Below the pieces are notes generated by a model. The model searched no databases, was not told the DNA's origin, and saw only the letters and a list, made by a program, of their open reading frames with translations. Positions 16,733-26,658 of a DNA stretch of 31,592 bases are shown in pieces; the stretch's first letter is position 1; the number at the start of each line of letters is the position of its first letter. The DNA is from Pseudomonadota bacterium (lineage in GTDB: Bacteria > Pseudomonadota > Gammaproteobacteria > Burkholderiales > Rhodocyclaceae), in the NCBI GenBank assembly GCA_041158545.1, contig JBEBBF010000234.1, forward strand, positions 1 to 31,592, written 5' to 3'. The position numbers and the translations under genes were made by a program.

Positions 16733-17304
16733 GCGAAACCTTGCTCGCCGCACAGGGGCTGGTCGCCGGCTGGGAACAGCCGGTGGCCGGGCCGCTGGAT
16801 TTTGCGTTGCAGGCCGGGGAGATTGTCGGCCTGGTCGGGCCGAACGGGGTCGGCAAGAGCACGCTGCTGGCGGCGCTGGTCGGCAATGCCCGGATTTTCC
16901 AGGGGCGGATCGAGCGCCGGCCCGGCGTCCGCCTCAGCCTGCAAAGCCAGCACCTGCCGCCGCTGGCCGGCCTGCCTTTGTCCGGTCGGGAACTGCTGGC
17001 GCTGACCGGGGCGAGTGCCGTCGGCTTGCCCGACTGGCTGGCGGATTGCCTGGAGCGGCGGCTGGACCGCCTGTCCGGCGGGCAACGGCAATATCTGGCG
17101 TTGTGGGCGGTGCTGCAGGCGCCGGCGGAAGTGGTGTTGCTCGACGAGCCGAGCAATAACCTCGATCAGGCCGGCACCGCGCATCTGGCCGGGGCCTTGC
17201 GGGCGCGGGCGGCGGCGGGCGCCGGCCTGTTGCTGGTCAGCCACGATCCGGAGCTGGTCGCGGCGGTGTGCGACCGCAGGGTGATGCTGGGGGAAAGGGC
17301 ATGA
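16729..17304 (+). CDS. ABC transporter ATP-binding protein (ZnuC-like, short)
   Basis: GPNGVGKST, LSGGQ, VVLLDEP and VSHD; GTGA overlap with the SBP stop. Confidence 0.9.
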   Translation: MSETLLAAQGLVAGWEQPVAGPLDFALQAGEIVGLVGPNGVGKSTLLAALVGNARIFQGRIERRPGVRLSLQSQHLPPLAGLPLSGRELLALTGASAVGLPDWLADCLERRLDRLSGGQRQYLALWAVLQAPAEVVLLDEPSNNLDQAGTAHLAGALRARAAAGAGLLLVSHDPELVAAVCDRRVMLGERA

Positions 17305-18098
17305 GTCTCGACAGCCTCGATCTCTTCCTGCAGCCCTTTTTCACCGGGCTGTGGTTCGCCCTGCTGCTGCCGCTGCTGGGCTGCTACCTTCGCCTGCGCC
17401 AGGAATGGCTGGCGGCGCTGGCCTACGCCCACGTCGCGGCGGCGGGGGCCTTGCTGGCGATGGCGCTGAGCTGGCCGCTGGGGCTGGGTGGCTTTGCCGC
17501 CGCCGGGCTGGCGGCGCTGGGGCGGCGGCCCCTGGCGGCCCGGCATGGGCAGGGCACGGTCTTCGCCCTCTACCTGCTGGCGGGCTGGGCGGCGGCGGTG
17601 CTGCTGGTGGCCAACCTGCCGACCGCCGAACAACTGGGTCACGCGCTGTTCGATGGTCAGCTGTATTTCACCGACCGGTTGCAGCTGTGGATCGGCGGCC
17701 TGTGGTGCCTGGGGGCGCTGCTGGTGCTGCGCCGGCTGTCCCGCTCGCTGTTGCTGGGGCAGCTGTTTCCGGAATTCTTCCGCGCCCGCCAGTTGCCGGC
17801 CTGGCCGGCCCAGGTTGGCTTCGACCTGCTGGCGGCGGGCAGTCTGGCGCTGGGGACGATGACCCTGGGGGTCATGGCGACCTTTGCGCTGGTGTTCATC
17901 CCGCCCTGGCTGGCGTTTTCCCGTGCCGGCAACTGGCGCCGCGGGCTGCTGACCGCGCTGCTGGTCGGGGTCGGCAGCTATCTCGGCGTCTTCGTTGCGG
18001 CGCTGGTTTTCGACCAGGCTTTCGGCCCCTTGCTGGTATTGGGTCTGGTTGGCGTGGGCCTGGTCATGGGTTCCATCCGGTCGTCGCGATCCCGGTGA
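17301..18098 (+). CDS. Metal ABC transporter permease (ZnuB-like)
   Basis: 265-aa hydrophobic protein with LAALAYAHVAAAG and LFDGQLYF; ATGA overlap with the ATPase. Confidence 0.75.
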   Translation: MSLDSLDLFLQPFFTGLWFALLLPLLGCYLRLRQEWLAALAYAHVAAAGALLAMALSWPLGLGGFAAAGLAALGRRPLAARHGQGTVFALYLLAGWAAAVLLVANLPTAEQLGHALFDGQLYFTDRLQLWIGGLWCLGALLVLRRLSRSLLLGQLFPEFFRARQLPAWPAQVGFDLLAAGSLALGTMTLGVMATFALVFIPPWLAFSRAGNWRRGLLTALLVGVGSYLGVFVAALVFDQAFGPLLVLGLVGVGLVMGSIRSSRSR

Positions 18099-18172
18099 TT
18101 TTTTACGCCAGGCCGTATTTACATTGCGCTGCGGTCAGTGCTACAAACCCAGCTCCTCTGCGCGCCAAAACC

Positions 18173-19408
18173 ATGGTCTTTTCGATCTTCAAAAAAACGC
18201 CTCCGCCGAACACCATGCCCAAGCGGCCTGCGGCGACCCCGCGTCCGATGGCCTTGCGGGATCCGGCGACGCCGAGTCGTTTTCCCCGTCCCAGCGGGCC
18301 GGAAAGCCGCCCGCCGCAGGGGCTGGCTGCCGATGCGGATGACCTCGATTTCACCCACCACGCCGATGGCGACAGTCTGGCGGTCGCGGAAGAGGGACTG
18401 GGCGTCGAGGTCGAAGGCATTCAGGTCGAACACGATGTGGACCCGATTGCGGTCTATCTGGAACAGGCGGCGATCCTCTACGCCAACGGTCAGGACGCTT
18501 CGGCCCGGACCACGCTGCAGACCGCGGTGCGCCGCTCCCTGGGGCCGGAAGCCGAGCCCTTGTGGCGGATGTTGCTCGACCTGCTGCAATTGCAGGGCGA
18601 CCACCTGGCCTTCGAAAAGATGGGGCTGGTCTTCGCCCAGCATTTCGAAACCTCCCCCCCGGCCTGGCGCAGCAGCGACAGCGAAGTGCGCCAGGACGAT
18701 TCCGGTTCGCTGCAGCTGGTCTTGCGCGGGGTGGTGGTCGGCCAGAGCGCGGAACTGCGCCGGCTGGGCGAGGCGGTGGACAAGCACCAGAACATCAGCC
18801 TGGACTGCGGTCAACTGATCAGCCTGGACAGCGAGGCCTGCCGGCTGCTGTCCGACTTGCTGCAAAAGGCGCGGCGCGGCGCCGCCGGCATCGGCCTGGT
18901 CGATGTGGAAACCCTGATCGGCCGGCTGGAAAAACGGGCCGTGGCCGGGAGTGCCGAGGATGGCCCCAGCTGGCTGCTGCTGCTGGAGCTGTACCAGTTG
19001 CTCGGCCGTCAGGAAGATTTCGAGAACAAGGCGGTGGATTACGCCGTCACCTTTGAAGTGTCGCCCCCTTCCTGGGAGGCCACCGGCAAGCTGGTGGTCC
19101 AGGTGCAGCAGAGCGCCCAGGCCGCGGCGGGCGACGAGTTTTACGTGCTGCAGGGCGAGTTCCGCAACGCCCGTTTCCCGGAACTCCAGGATTTCATCGA
19201 CCACTGCCATCTGCCGCAGGTCATCGTCGATTGCAGCGCGCTGCAACGGCTGGATTTCGCCAGCGCCGGCACGCTGGTGCAACTGCTGGCGCCCTACCAT
19301 CGCCAGGGGCGGGAATTCCAGTTCCGGCATCCCAACCGGCTGGTCGCAGCGCTGCTCCACCTGGTCGGCCTGGAAGAATTCGCCCGTATCGTTTTCGCCA
19401 AGAATTAA
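18173..19408 (+). CDS. STAS-domain protein with internal duplication (411 aa)
   Basis: Start MVFSIFKK; two STAS-like segments ([13 protein letters not shown]; [15 protein letters not shown]), each preceded by a 38-aa repeat ending FExSPPxW; 19 nt upstream of hslV. Confidence 0.8.
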   Translation: MVFSIFKKTPPPNTMPKRPAATPRPMALRDPATPSRFPRPSGPESRPPQGLAADADDLDFTHHADGDSLAVAEEGLGVEVEGIQVEHDVDPIAVYLEQAAILYANGQDASARTTLQTAVRRSLGPEAEPLWRMLLDLLQLQGDHLAFEKMGLVFAQHFETSPPAWRSSDSEVRQDDSGSLQLVLRGVVVGQSAELRRLGEAVDKHQNISLDCGQLISLDSEACRLLSDLLQKARRGAAGIGLVDVETLIGRLEKRAVAGSAEDGPSWLLLLELYQLLGRQEDFENKAVDYAVTFEVSPPSWEATGKLVVQVQQSAQAAAGDEFYVLQGEFRNARFPELQDFIDHCHLPQVIVDCSALQRLDFASAGTLVQLLAPYHRQGREFQFRHPNRLVAALLHLVGLEEFARIVFAKN

Positions 19409-19427
19409 CCCCACTTCAGGACAATCC

Positions 19428-19964
19428 ATGGAGCAATATCACGGCACCACCATTCTGTCGGTGCGCCGCGGCAACGTCGTCGCCATGGGCGGCGATGGCC
19501 AGGTCACCCTCGGCAGCATCGTGGTCAAGGCCACCGCCCGCAAGGTCCGGCGGCTGTATCAGAACAAGATCCTCGCCGGTTTCGCCGGCGGCACCGCCGA
19601 CGCCTTCACGCTGTTCGAGCGCTTCGAAGCCAAACTGGAAAAGCACCAGGGCAACCTGCTGCGCTCCGCGGTCGAACTGGCCAAGGACTGGCGCACCGAC
19701 CGCATCCTGCGCCGGCTGGAGGCGATGCTTTCGGTCGCCGACCGGGAGAACTCCCTGATCATCACCGGCAACGGCGACGTGCTGGAACCGGAACACGGCA
19801 TCGTCGCCATCGGCTCCGGCGGCGCCTACGCCCAGAGCGCCGCCCGCGCCCTGCTCGACAACACCAGCCTCCCCCCCGTGGAGATCGTCACCAAATCCCT
19901 GGAAATCGCCGGCGACCTCTGCATCTACACCAACCGCAATTTCACGCTGGAAACGCTGGATTGA
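19428..19964 (+). CDS. hslV: ATP-dependent protease peptidase subunit HslV
   Basis: [14 protein letters not shown] (N-terminal Thr nucleophile), [16 protein letters not shown] and CIYTN. Confidence 0.98.
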   Translation: MEQYHGTTILSVRRGNVVAMGGDGQVTLGSIVVKATARKVRRLYQNKILAGFAGGTADAFTLFERFEAKLEKHQGNLLRSAVELAKDWRTDRILRRLEAMLSVADRENSLIITGNGDVLEPEHGIVAIGSGGAYAQSAARALLDNTSLPPVEIVTKSLEIAGDLCIYTNRNFTLETLD

Positions 19965-19992
19965 TCCGGCACCGGCGGGAGCACGTTTGACC

Positions 19993-21327
19993 ATGACCCA
20001 GATGACCCCCCAGGAAATCGTTTCCGAACTCGACAAGCACATCGTTGGCCAGGGCAAGGCCAAGAAGGCGGTGGCGATTGCCTTGCGCAATCGCTGGCGG
20101 CGTTCGCAGGTGGCGGAGCCGCTGCGCCAGGAAATCACGCCGAAGAACATCCTGATGATTGGGCCGACCGGGGTCGGCAAGACCGAAATCGCCCGGCGGC
20201 TGGCGCGGCTGGCCAATGCGCCGTTCATCAAGATCGAGGCGACCAAGTTCACCGAGGTCGGCTATGTCGGCCGCGACGTGGATACCATCGTCCGCGACCT
20301 GGCGGAAATCGCGATCAAGGCCGGGCGGGAGCGGGCGATGCAGGCGATGCGCATCCGGGCGGAGGATGCCGCCGAGGAACGCATCCTCGACGTGCTGCTG
20401 CCGCCGGCCCGCAACGCCGGCTTCTTTGCCGAAAACGGCCCGAGCGAGGATAGCGCCACCCGGCAGAAATTCCGCAAGCGGCTGCGCGAAGGCGAGCTGG
20501 ACGACAAGGAAGTCGACATCGAGGTCAGCCTGCCCGCGATGCAGGCGGAAATCTTCGCGCCGCCGGGGATGGAGGAACTGACCAACCAGATTCAGGGCAT
20601 GTTCCAGAACCTGGGCGGCGGCCGCAAGAAGAGCCGCAAGATGAAGATTCGCGAGGCGCGCAAGATCCTGACCGACGAAGAGGCCGGCAAGCTGGTCAAT
20701 GACGAGGAGGTCAAGCTGGAGGCGCTGCAGAACGTCGAGCAGAACGGCATCGTCTTCCTCGACGAACTCGACAAGATCGCCAGCCGCAGCGAGCACGGCG
20801 GCGCCGAAGTCTCCCGCCAGGGGGTGCAGCGCGACCTGCTGCCGCTGGTCGAAGGCACGACGGTGTCCACCAAGTACGGGATGATCAAGACCGACCACAT
20901 CCTGTTCATCGCCTCCGGCGCCTTCCACCTCGCCAAGCCCTCGGACCTGATTCCGGAACTGCAGGGCCGCTTCCCGATCCGGGTCGAGCTGGATTCCCTG
21001 TCGGTCGCCGACTTCGAGCGCATCCTGACCCAGACCGACGCCTGCCTGACCCGGCAATACCAGGCGCTGCTGGCCACCGAGGGCGTGGCGCTGGAATTCG
21101 CCGACGACGGCATCCGCCGGCTGGCGGAGATCGCCTATCAGGTCAATGAAAAGACCGAAAACATCGGCGCCCGCCGGCTGTACACGGTGATGGAACGGCT
21201 GCTGGAAGAAGTCTCCTTCAGCGCCGGCAAGCCCGGTTGCGACGCGGTGCAGGTCGATGCGGCCTACGTCAATGGCCGGCTGGGCGAACTGGCCGGCGAC
21301 GAAGACCTGTCCCGCTTCATCCTCTGA
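19993..21327 (+). CDS. hslU: ATP-dependent protease ATPase subunit HslU
   Basis: [39 protein letters not shown] and [10 protein letters not shown], ending LSRFIL. Start could be TTG 19987. Confidence 0.98.
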   Translation: MTQMTPQEIVSELDKHIVGQGKAKKAVAIALRNRWRRSQVAEPLRQEITPKNILMIGPTGVGKTEIARRLARLANAPFIKIEATKFTEVGYVGRDVDTIVRDLAEIAIKAGRERAMQAMRIRAEDAAEERILDVLLPPARNAGFFAENGPSEDSATRQKFRKRLREGELDDKEVDIEVSLPAMQAEIFAPPGMEELTNQIQGMFQNLGGGRKKSRKMKIREARKILTDEEAGKLVNDEEVKLEALQNVEQNGIVFLDELDKIASRSEHGGAEVSRQGVQRDLLPLVEGTTVSTKYGMIKTDHILFIASGAFHLAKPSDLIPELQGRFPIRVELDSLSVADFERILTQTDACLTRQYQALLATEGVALEFADDGIRRLAEIAYQVNEKTENIGARRLYTVMERLLEEVSFSAGKPGCDAVQVDAAYVNGRLGELAGDEDLSRFIL

Positions 21328-21361
21328 CCTTCTGCCAACCTTCGCCGGAACCGGAGCCGCC

Positions 21362-22192
21362 ATGGGACTCAGCAAGACCGCGTTTGCCAAACTGATGCTG
21401 TCCCGGACGGCGCTGGGCCGCTGGTGCCGGCGGCTCCCCGGCCTGGAAGCCCGCTATGCCCGCTGGGCCCTGGCCCGGCGCGACCATCCCGGCATCTTCA
21501 GCGGCGTCTATCCCGACTACGCCAGCGCCGCCGCGGCGATTCCCGCCTGGCGCAGCAGTGGCTGGGACACCGCCGAATCCGCGGCCATCTGGATCGATCA
21601 CATCGCGCCGGTGCGGCCCTCGACCTACCCGGTGTTCTTCTGGCTGCAGGCCCTGCTGCAGCCCGGGGACACCCTGGTCGATTACGGCGGCAGCATCGGC
21701 CTGACCTACTACGGCTACCGCCGCCGCGCCGCGCTGCCGACGGGCAGCCGCTGGGTGGTCGCCGAAGTCCCGCACATCTCCGCGCAGGGGCGGCAGGTGG
21801 CGGAACGGGAGGGCGTGAGCGGCGAGCTGCAGTTCGTCGACAGCCTGGAAACCGCCCCGCAGGGCGAGTTGCTGCTGGCCGCCGGCGCATTGCAGTACAT
21901 GGAACACTCGGTGCCCGGCCTGCTGGAGCAACTCGGCTACCGGCCCCGCCACATCCTGCTGAACAAGCTGCCGCTGACCCAGGGCAGCAGCTTCTGGTCG
22001 CTGCAGAACTTCGGCCCCTCGGTCTCGCCCTACTGCGTCTATAACGAAGCCGAATTCCTCGCCTATTTCAGCGAGCGCGGCTACCGGCTGCGCGACCGCT
22101 GGCAGGTGGCCGAACTGGATTGCCAGATTCCCTTCCATCCCGAACACGGCCTGGACAGCTTCTGCGGCCTGCTGCTCGAACGGCAGGACTGA
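21362..22192 (+). CDS. Putative SAM-dependent methyltransferase, TIGR04325-like
   Basis: FSGVYPDYASAAAA, LVDYGGSIG, WVVAEVP, GALQY and ILLNKLPL. Confidence 0.72.
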   Translation: MGLSKTAFAKLMLSRTALGRWCRRLPGLEARYARWALARRDHPGIFSGVYPDYASAAAAIPAWRSSGWDTAESAAIWIDHIAPVRPSTYPVFFWLQALLQPGDTLVDYGGSIGLTYYGYRRRAALPTGSRWVVAEVPHISAQGRQVAEREGVSGELQFVDSLETAPQGELLLAAGALQYMEHSVPGLLEQLGYRPRHILLNKLPLTQGSSFWSLQNFGPSVSPYCVYNEAEFLAYFSERGYRLRDRWQVAELDCQIPFHPEHGLDSFCGLLLERQD

Positions 22193-22204
22193 ACCGGGAT
22201 TCCC

Positions 22205-23074
22205 ATGCTGCGCATCCTCGCCATCCTGTTCCCGATCTTTGCGATGGTCGGCGTCGGCTACTACTACGGCCGGCGGCACAAGCCGGAAATGGCGGTGGCC
22301 AACCGGCTCAACATGGATGTCTTCGTGCCGGCGCTGGTCTTCGCGGCGATGGCGGGGAAATCCTTCGAACTGAGCGCCTACGGCCCGCTGGCGCTGGGGG
22401 CGCTGCTGGTGCTGCTGTTCAGTGGCCTGCTGGCCTGGCTCAGCTGCCGGCCGCTGGGCGTGGCGCCCAAGACCTTCGTGCCGCCGATGATGTTCAACAA
22501 CTCCGGCAACATCGGCCTGCCGCTGGCGGTGCTGACCTGGGGCGAGGCGGCGCTGCCGGCAGCGGTGATCCTGTTCATGGTGGAAAACACGCTGCACTTT
22601 TCCTTCGGCGCCCGGATGCTCGACCCGCAGACCCGCTTCCTGCAGCTATGGCGGATTCCGGTGGTCGGCGCCGCCATCGCCGGGCTGGCCTTCAGCCTCT
22701 CGGGCTTCACGCTGTGGTCGCCGGCCCTGCTGGCGATCAAGATGCTGGGCGACGTCTCGATCCCGCTGCTGCTGTTTGCGCTGGGCGTCCGCCTGACCGC
22801 GGTGTCCTTCGCCGACTGGAAGGTTGCGGTCGCCGGCATGCTGCTGCGGCCGCTGTCCGGCATGCTCGCCGCCTGGGCCATCACCCCCTGGCTGGGCCTG
22901 GGTAACCAGCAGGCGGCGATGCTCCTGGTGTTCGGCGCGCTGCCGCCGGCGGTGCTGAACTTCCTCTTCGCCGAACGCTACCGCCAGGAACCGGAACGGG
23001 TCGCCTCGCTGGTCCTGATCGGCAACCTCGGCGCCCTGATCTTCCTGCCGCTGGCGCTGGCCATGGTGCTTTAA
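22205..23074 (+). CDS. AEC (auxin efflux carrier) family transporter
   Basis: NMDVFVPALVF, FNNSGNIGLPL and ALPPAVLNFLFAERY. Confidence 0.9.
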   Translation: MLRILAILFPIFAMVGVGYYYGRRHKPEMAVANRLNMDVFVPALVFAAMAGKSFELSAYGPLALGALLVLLFSGLLAWLSCRPLGVAPKTFVPPMMFNNSGNIGLPLAVLTWGEAALPAAVILFMVENTLHFSFGARMLDPQTRFLQLWRIPVVGAAIAGLAFSLSGFTLWSPALLAIKMLGDVSIPLLLFALGVRLTAVSFADWKVAVAGMLLRPLSGMLAAWAITPWLGLGNQQAAMLLVFGALPPAVLNFLFAERYRQEPERVASLVLIGNLGALIFLPLALAMVL

Positions 23075-23319
23075 GCCGCGGCTGCCAGGCGGCAGTCGCT
23101 GTGGAGCTTGGCCGGGGATAATTCCAGCCCGTTGGGCCAGCACAGGGCGCCGGCCTCGATGAAAGCGCGGGCGAAGAAACTTTCTTCCCGCAAGGCATCC
23201 AGCAGAGGCCCCTGCCGTTCCAGCAGACGCCGCCCTTCAAAAACGCCAACCGTGGTGTCGGAGAATTCCAGCAGATACTGGAACTCTCCGCGATAACGGG
23301 CATGCAGCAACTTAATCAT
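23071..23319 (-). CDS. DUF2442 family protein (putative antitoxin)
   Basis: 82 aa from ATG 23319: YLLEFSDTTVGVF, FFARAFIEAGALCWPNGLELSP; overlaps the DUF4160 stop by 8 nt. Confidence 0.8.
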   Translation of the reverse strand: MIKLLHARYRGEFQYLLEFSDTTVGVFEGRRLLERQGPLLDALREESFFARAFIEAGALCWPNGLELSPAKLHSDCRLAAAA

Positions 23320-23581
23320 CCTGATCGGCTCCTGGAATCTTTTCCAAGGGTTCAAAACGCTGGGCTCTGGCCCAATTGTCCATCAACGCATCCTGGTGCG
23401 ACAGGCACCAGTCACGCACCAGCGCCGCAGCCCGTTTCGGTAAATTTCCTTCCGTTACCTCGCCGCTACGAATGTTGATCAGCGCTTCAAAGCCCTGGTA
23501 GCTGACGTGAATATGGGGCGGCGGATGATCGTCGTGCCACATCCGGACAATGATGCCGAAAAAGATCGAGACCACAGGCAT
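23312..23581 (-). CDS. DUF4160 family protein (putative toxin)
   Basis: MPVVSIFFGIIVRMWHDDHPPPHIHVSY...EGNLPKRAAALVRDW...LMDNW, the DUF4160 pattern. Confidence 0.88.
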   Translation of the reverse strand: MPVVSIFFGIIVRMWHDDHPPPHIHVSYQGFEALINIRSGEVTEGNLPKRAAALVRDWCLSHQDALMDNWARAQRFEPLEKIPGADQDD

Positions 23582-23583
23582 GC

Positions 23584-26500
23584 TCAGGGTGCTCCCGTGG
23601 CGGCGGTCTTCCGTCTTTCCCGATACCCCTCCAGCAGCGAGTAGGCGGCGGGGACGACGGCGAGGGTCAGGAGGGTGGAGGAGAGCATGCCGCCGATGAC
23701 CGCGATGGCCAGGGGCTGGTTGGTTTCCGAGCCGGCGCCGAAGCCGAGGGCGGCGGGGAGCAGGGCCAGGATCACGGTGGCGGAGGTCATCAGCACCGGG
23801 CGCATCCGGATCGGGCAGGCCTCGCGCAAGGCGGTGTCGACGCTGTCGCCGCTGGCTCGGCGCTGGTTGGTGAGGTCCACCAGCAGGATCGAGTTCTTGG
23901 CGACCAGGCCGATCAGCAGCACCAGACCAATCATCGAGTAGATGTTCAGCGTCTGTCCGGTCAGCCAGAGCGCGGCGATGCCGCCGCTGATCGCCAGCGG
24001 CTGCGCCAGCATCACGATGGCCGGCTGCAGGAAGGAGTTGAACTGGCTGGCCAGCACCATGTACAGCAGCACCAGCGCCAGCACGAAGGCGAACAGCATG
24101 TACTGGCTGGTCTTGGCGAACTCCTCGGCCTGGCCGACCAGCTTCAGCTGGTAGCCGGCGGGGAGCAGTTCGGCGGCGATGGCGCGGATGCGGCCGACGG
24201 CGTCGGCCAGCGGGATGGTCGGGTTGGCGTAAAAGGTCGCGGCGTATTGCAGGTCGAAGCGGTTGATCACCGCGGGGCCGAGGTTTTCGCTGAAGCGGGC
24301 CAGGGAATCCAGCCGGATCAGCTTGCCGTCCTTGTTGCGCAGCCAGATGCGTTGCAGGTCGCTGGCCTGGGCGAAGGCGCCGTCACGGCCCTTGACCCGG
24401 ATGTCGTAACGCTGGCCGTCGCCGGGCTCGTCGTTGAATTTGGCGATATCGACGCCACCGCTCAGCATGTTCACCGCCAGGGCCACGTCATTGCTGGTGA
24501 GTCCGGCGGCGGCGATGCGCTGGCGGTCGGGGCGGAACACCAGCTGCGGCAGGTCGAGCTGCAGGTCGTTGTCCAGCCGGCCGATGCCCGGCTCGGCGCT
24601 GAATCGGGTTTGCAGCGCCTGGGTCAGCCGGCCGACTTCGCCCAGCTGGTCGCCACTCAGCACGAATTGCAGCGGTTCGCCGCGCATGCCGCCGACGATG
24701 GGGTAGGGCGCGGCGAAGATGCGGGCGCCGGGGATGCCGCCGAGTTCCTTGCGCAGATCGGCCAGCACGTCCTGCTGCGAGCGCTGGCGCTCGTTGCGCG
24801 GCAGCATCCGGGCGACGATGGTGCCCTGGTTCACCTGGCCGGAGGCGCCGAGGCCGATCAGTGCGAATTCGGTGACGATTTCCTTGTGCTCGCGCAGCAG
24901 GGCTTCGGCGAGCTTCAGGCGACCATCGGTGTAGTCGATCGAGGAACCCAGCGGCGTGCGCAGATAGACCAGGAAGCGGCCTTCGTCCTGGTCCGGCGCG
25001 AAGGCCTTGCCGATGGCGACGAAGAAATAGCCGCTGGCGCCGACCAGCAGCGCGGTCAGCAGCAGCACCCGGCCGCGGTGCGCCAGCGTCAGCGCCAGCA
25101 GCCGGCGGTAGGTCTGGTCGAGCCGGAGGAAGGCGGCTTCGATCCGGCGGTAGAGCGGGCTGTGCGCGGCGCCCTTTTCCCGGACGACGAGGTAGCGCGA
25201 GCAGAGCATCGGCGTCAGCGTCAGCGAGACGAACAGGGAAACCAGCACGCCGAAGGTGACGACCACCGCGAAGGAGCGGAAGAACTGGCCGATGATGCCG
25301 TTCATGAAGATGACCGGCGCGAAGATGCAGACCAGCGACAGGGTCGCGGCGATCACCGCGAAGCCGACTTCGTTGCTGCCGTTGATCGCCGCGGAAATCG
25401 GGTCCGGGTCCAGCTCTTCCCGGTGGCGGAAGATGTTTTCCAGCACCACGATGGCGTCATCCACCACCACGCCGATCAGCAGCAGCAAGCCGAGCAGCGT
25501 CAGCGAATTCAGCGTGTAGCCGAAGAAATAGATGATGGTCAGCGCGCCCAGCAGCGAAACCGGAATCGCCAGCGCGATGATCAGCGTCGAGCGCAGCGAA
25601 CGCAGGAACACCCAGACCACCAGCGCCGCGAGCAGCGTGCCTTCCAGCAGGTGTTCCTGCAGCGCCGCGACGATTTCCTGGATGAAGACCGCGTCGTTGG
25701 AGACGATGTGCAGCTGCATCCCCGGCGGCAATTGCGGCCGCAGCTCGGTTGCGATCCGCGCCTTGACCCGCTCGGCGATGTCCACGGTGTTGGTGTTGGC
25801 GACCTTGACGATGCCGAGGCCGATGGTGATTTCGCCGTTGAAGCGGGCCAGCTGGCGGTAATCGGTCAGGCCGTCGGCGATGTCGGCGACGTCGCGCAGC
25901 CGCACCGGGGCGCCGCCCTTCCAGCTGAGGATCAGCTGCCCCAGGCTGTCCAGATCATGGAATTCCAGGTCGAGCTTGACCAGGCTTTCGGTGCTCTGGC
26001 CGACGACGAAGCCGCCGGCCAGCTGCAGGTGTTCCTTGGCAAAGGCGTCGCTGATGTCCTGGGTGGTCACCGCCAGCGCCGCCATCCGCTCCGGATGCAG
26101 ATGCACCCGGATGGTCCGGTCGCGGCGACCGCCGAGGCGGACCTCGCCGACGCCATCGATCGTCTCCAGCCGCTTCTTCAGCACATTGATCGCGTACTGG
26201 TTCAGTTGCTGCTGGGTGCGGTCCCCCTGCACCGCCAGCCACATGATCGGCTGGGCGTTGGTCTCGACCTTGGCCACCACCGGCGGGTCGGCGTCCTTGG
26301 GCAGCCGCCGCAGCACCTGATTGACCTTGGCCTGGACCTCGTTGAAGGCGATGTCGATCTTCTTTTCCAGGTTGAAGGTGATGTTGATCACCGAGACGCC
26401 GGGAGAGGACGTGGACTGGATGTGCTCGATCCCCGGTGTGGAATTGACTGCGCTTTCGAGGATGTTGGTCACCGAGGCATCGACGATGTCCGGGTTGGCC

Positions 26501-26658
26501 CCTTTCAGCGCGGTGCTGATCGAGACCACCGGAAATTCGATGTAGGGGAAGCGGTCCATGCCGATCCGCTGGTAGGCGATGCAGCCGAACAGGATCAGCA
26601 CCGCGTTGAGCATCCACGCCAGCACATGGCGGCGGATCGACAACTCGGGCAGGGTCAT
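23584..26658 (-). CDS. RND efflux transporter permease (AcrB/AcrD/AcrF family)
   Basis: 1024 aa with proton-relay motifs VVDDAIVVLENI, GLVAKNSILLVD and RMRPVLMT. Confidence 0.95.
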   Translation of the reverse strand: MTLPELSIRRHVLAWMLNAVLILFGCIAYQRIGMDRFPYIEFPVVSISTALKGANPDIVDASVTNILESAVNSTPGIEHIQSTSSPGVSVINITFNLEKKIDIAFNEVQAKVNQVLRRLPKDADPPVVAKVETNAQPIMWLAVQGDRTQQQLNQYAINVLKKRLETIDGVGEVRLGGRRDRTIRVHLHPERMAALAVTTQDISDAFAKEHLQLAGGFVVGQSTESLVKLDLEFHDLDSLGQLILSWKGGAPVRLRDVADIADGLTDYRQLARFNGEITIGLGIVKVANTNTVDIAERVKARIATELRPQLPPGMQLHIVSNDAVFIQEIVAALQEHLLEGTLLAALVVWVFLRSLRSTLIIALAIPVSLLGALTIIYFFGYTLNSLTLLGLLLLIGVVVDDAIVVLENIFRHREELDPDPISAAINGSNEVGFAVIAATLSLVCIFAPVIFMNGIIGQFFRSFAVVVTFGVLVSLFVSLTLTPMLCSRYLVVREKGAAHSPLYRRIEAAFLRLDQTYRRLLALTLAHRGRVLLLTALLVGASGYFFVAIGKAFAPDQDEGRFLVYLRTPLGSSIDYTDGRLKLAEALLREHKEIVTEFALIGLGASGQVNQGTIVARMLPRNERQRSQQDVLADLRKELGGIPGARIFAAPYPIVGGMRGEPLQFVLSGDQLGEVGRLTQALQTRFSAEPGIGRLDNDLQLDLPQLVFRPDRQRIAAAGLTSNDVALAVNMLSGGVDIAKFNDEPGDGQRYDIRVKGRDGAFAQASDLQRIWLRNKDGKLIRLDSLARFSENLGPAVINRFDLQYAATFYANPTIPLADAVGRIRAIAAELLPAGYQLKLVGQAEEFAKTSQYMLFAFVLALVLLYMVLASQFNSFLQPAIVMLAQPLAISGGIAALWLTGQTLNIYSMIGLVLLIGLVAKNSILLVDLTNQRRASGDSVDTALREACPIRMRPVLMTSATVILALLPAALGFGAGSETNQPLAIAVIGGMLSSTLLTLAVVPAAYSLLEGYRERRKTAATGAP

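Noticed and set aside
19360-19427. Sigma32 promoter for hslVU (CCCCACTT near 19409)
   Set aside because: The nearest CTGGAA -35-like sequence is about 33 nt away, far outside the 13-17 nt spacing.
23071-23640. IS or transposon explanation for the low-GC pair (TTAA target)
   Set aside because: No transposase, no terminal inverted repeats and no second TTAA at the other junction were seen.
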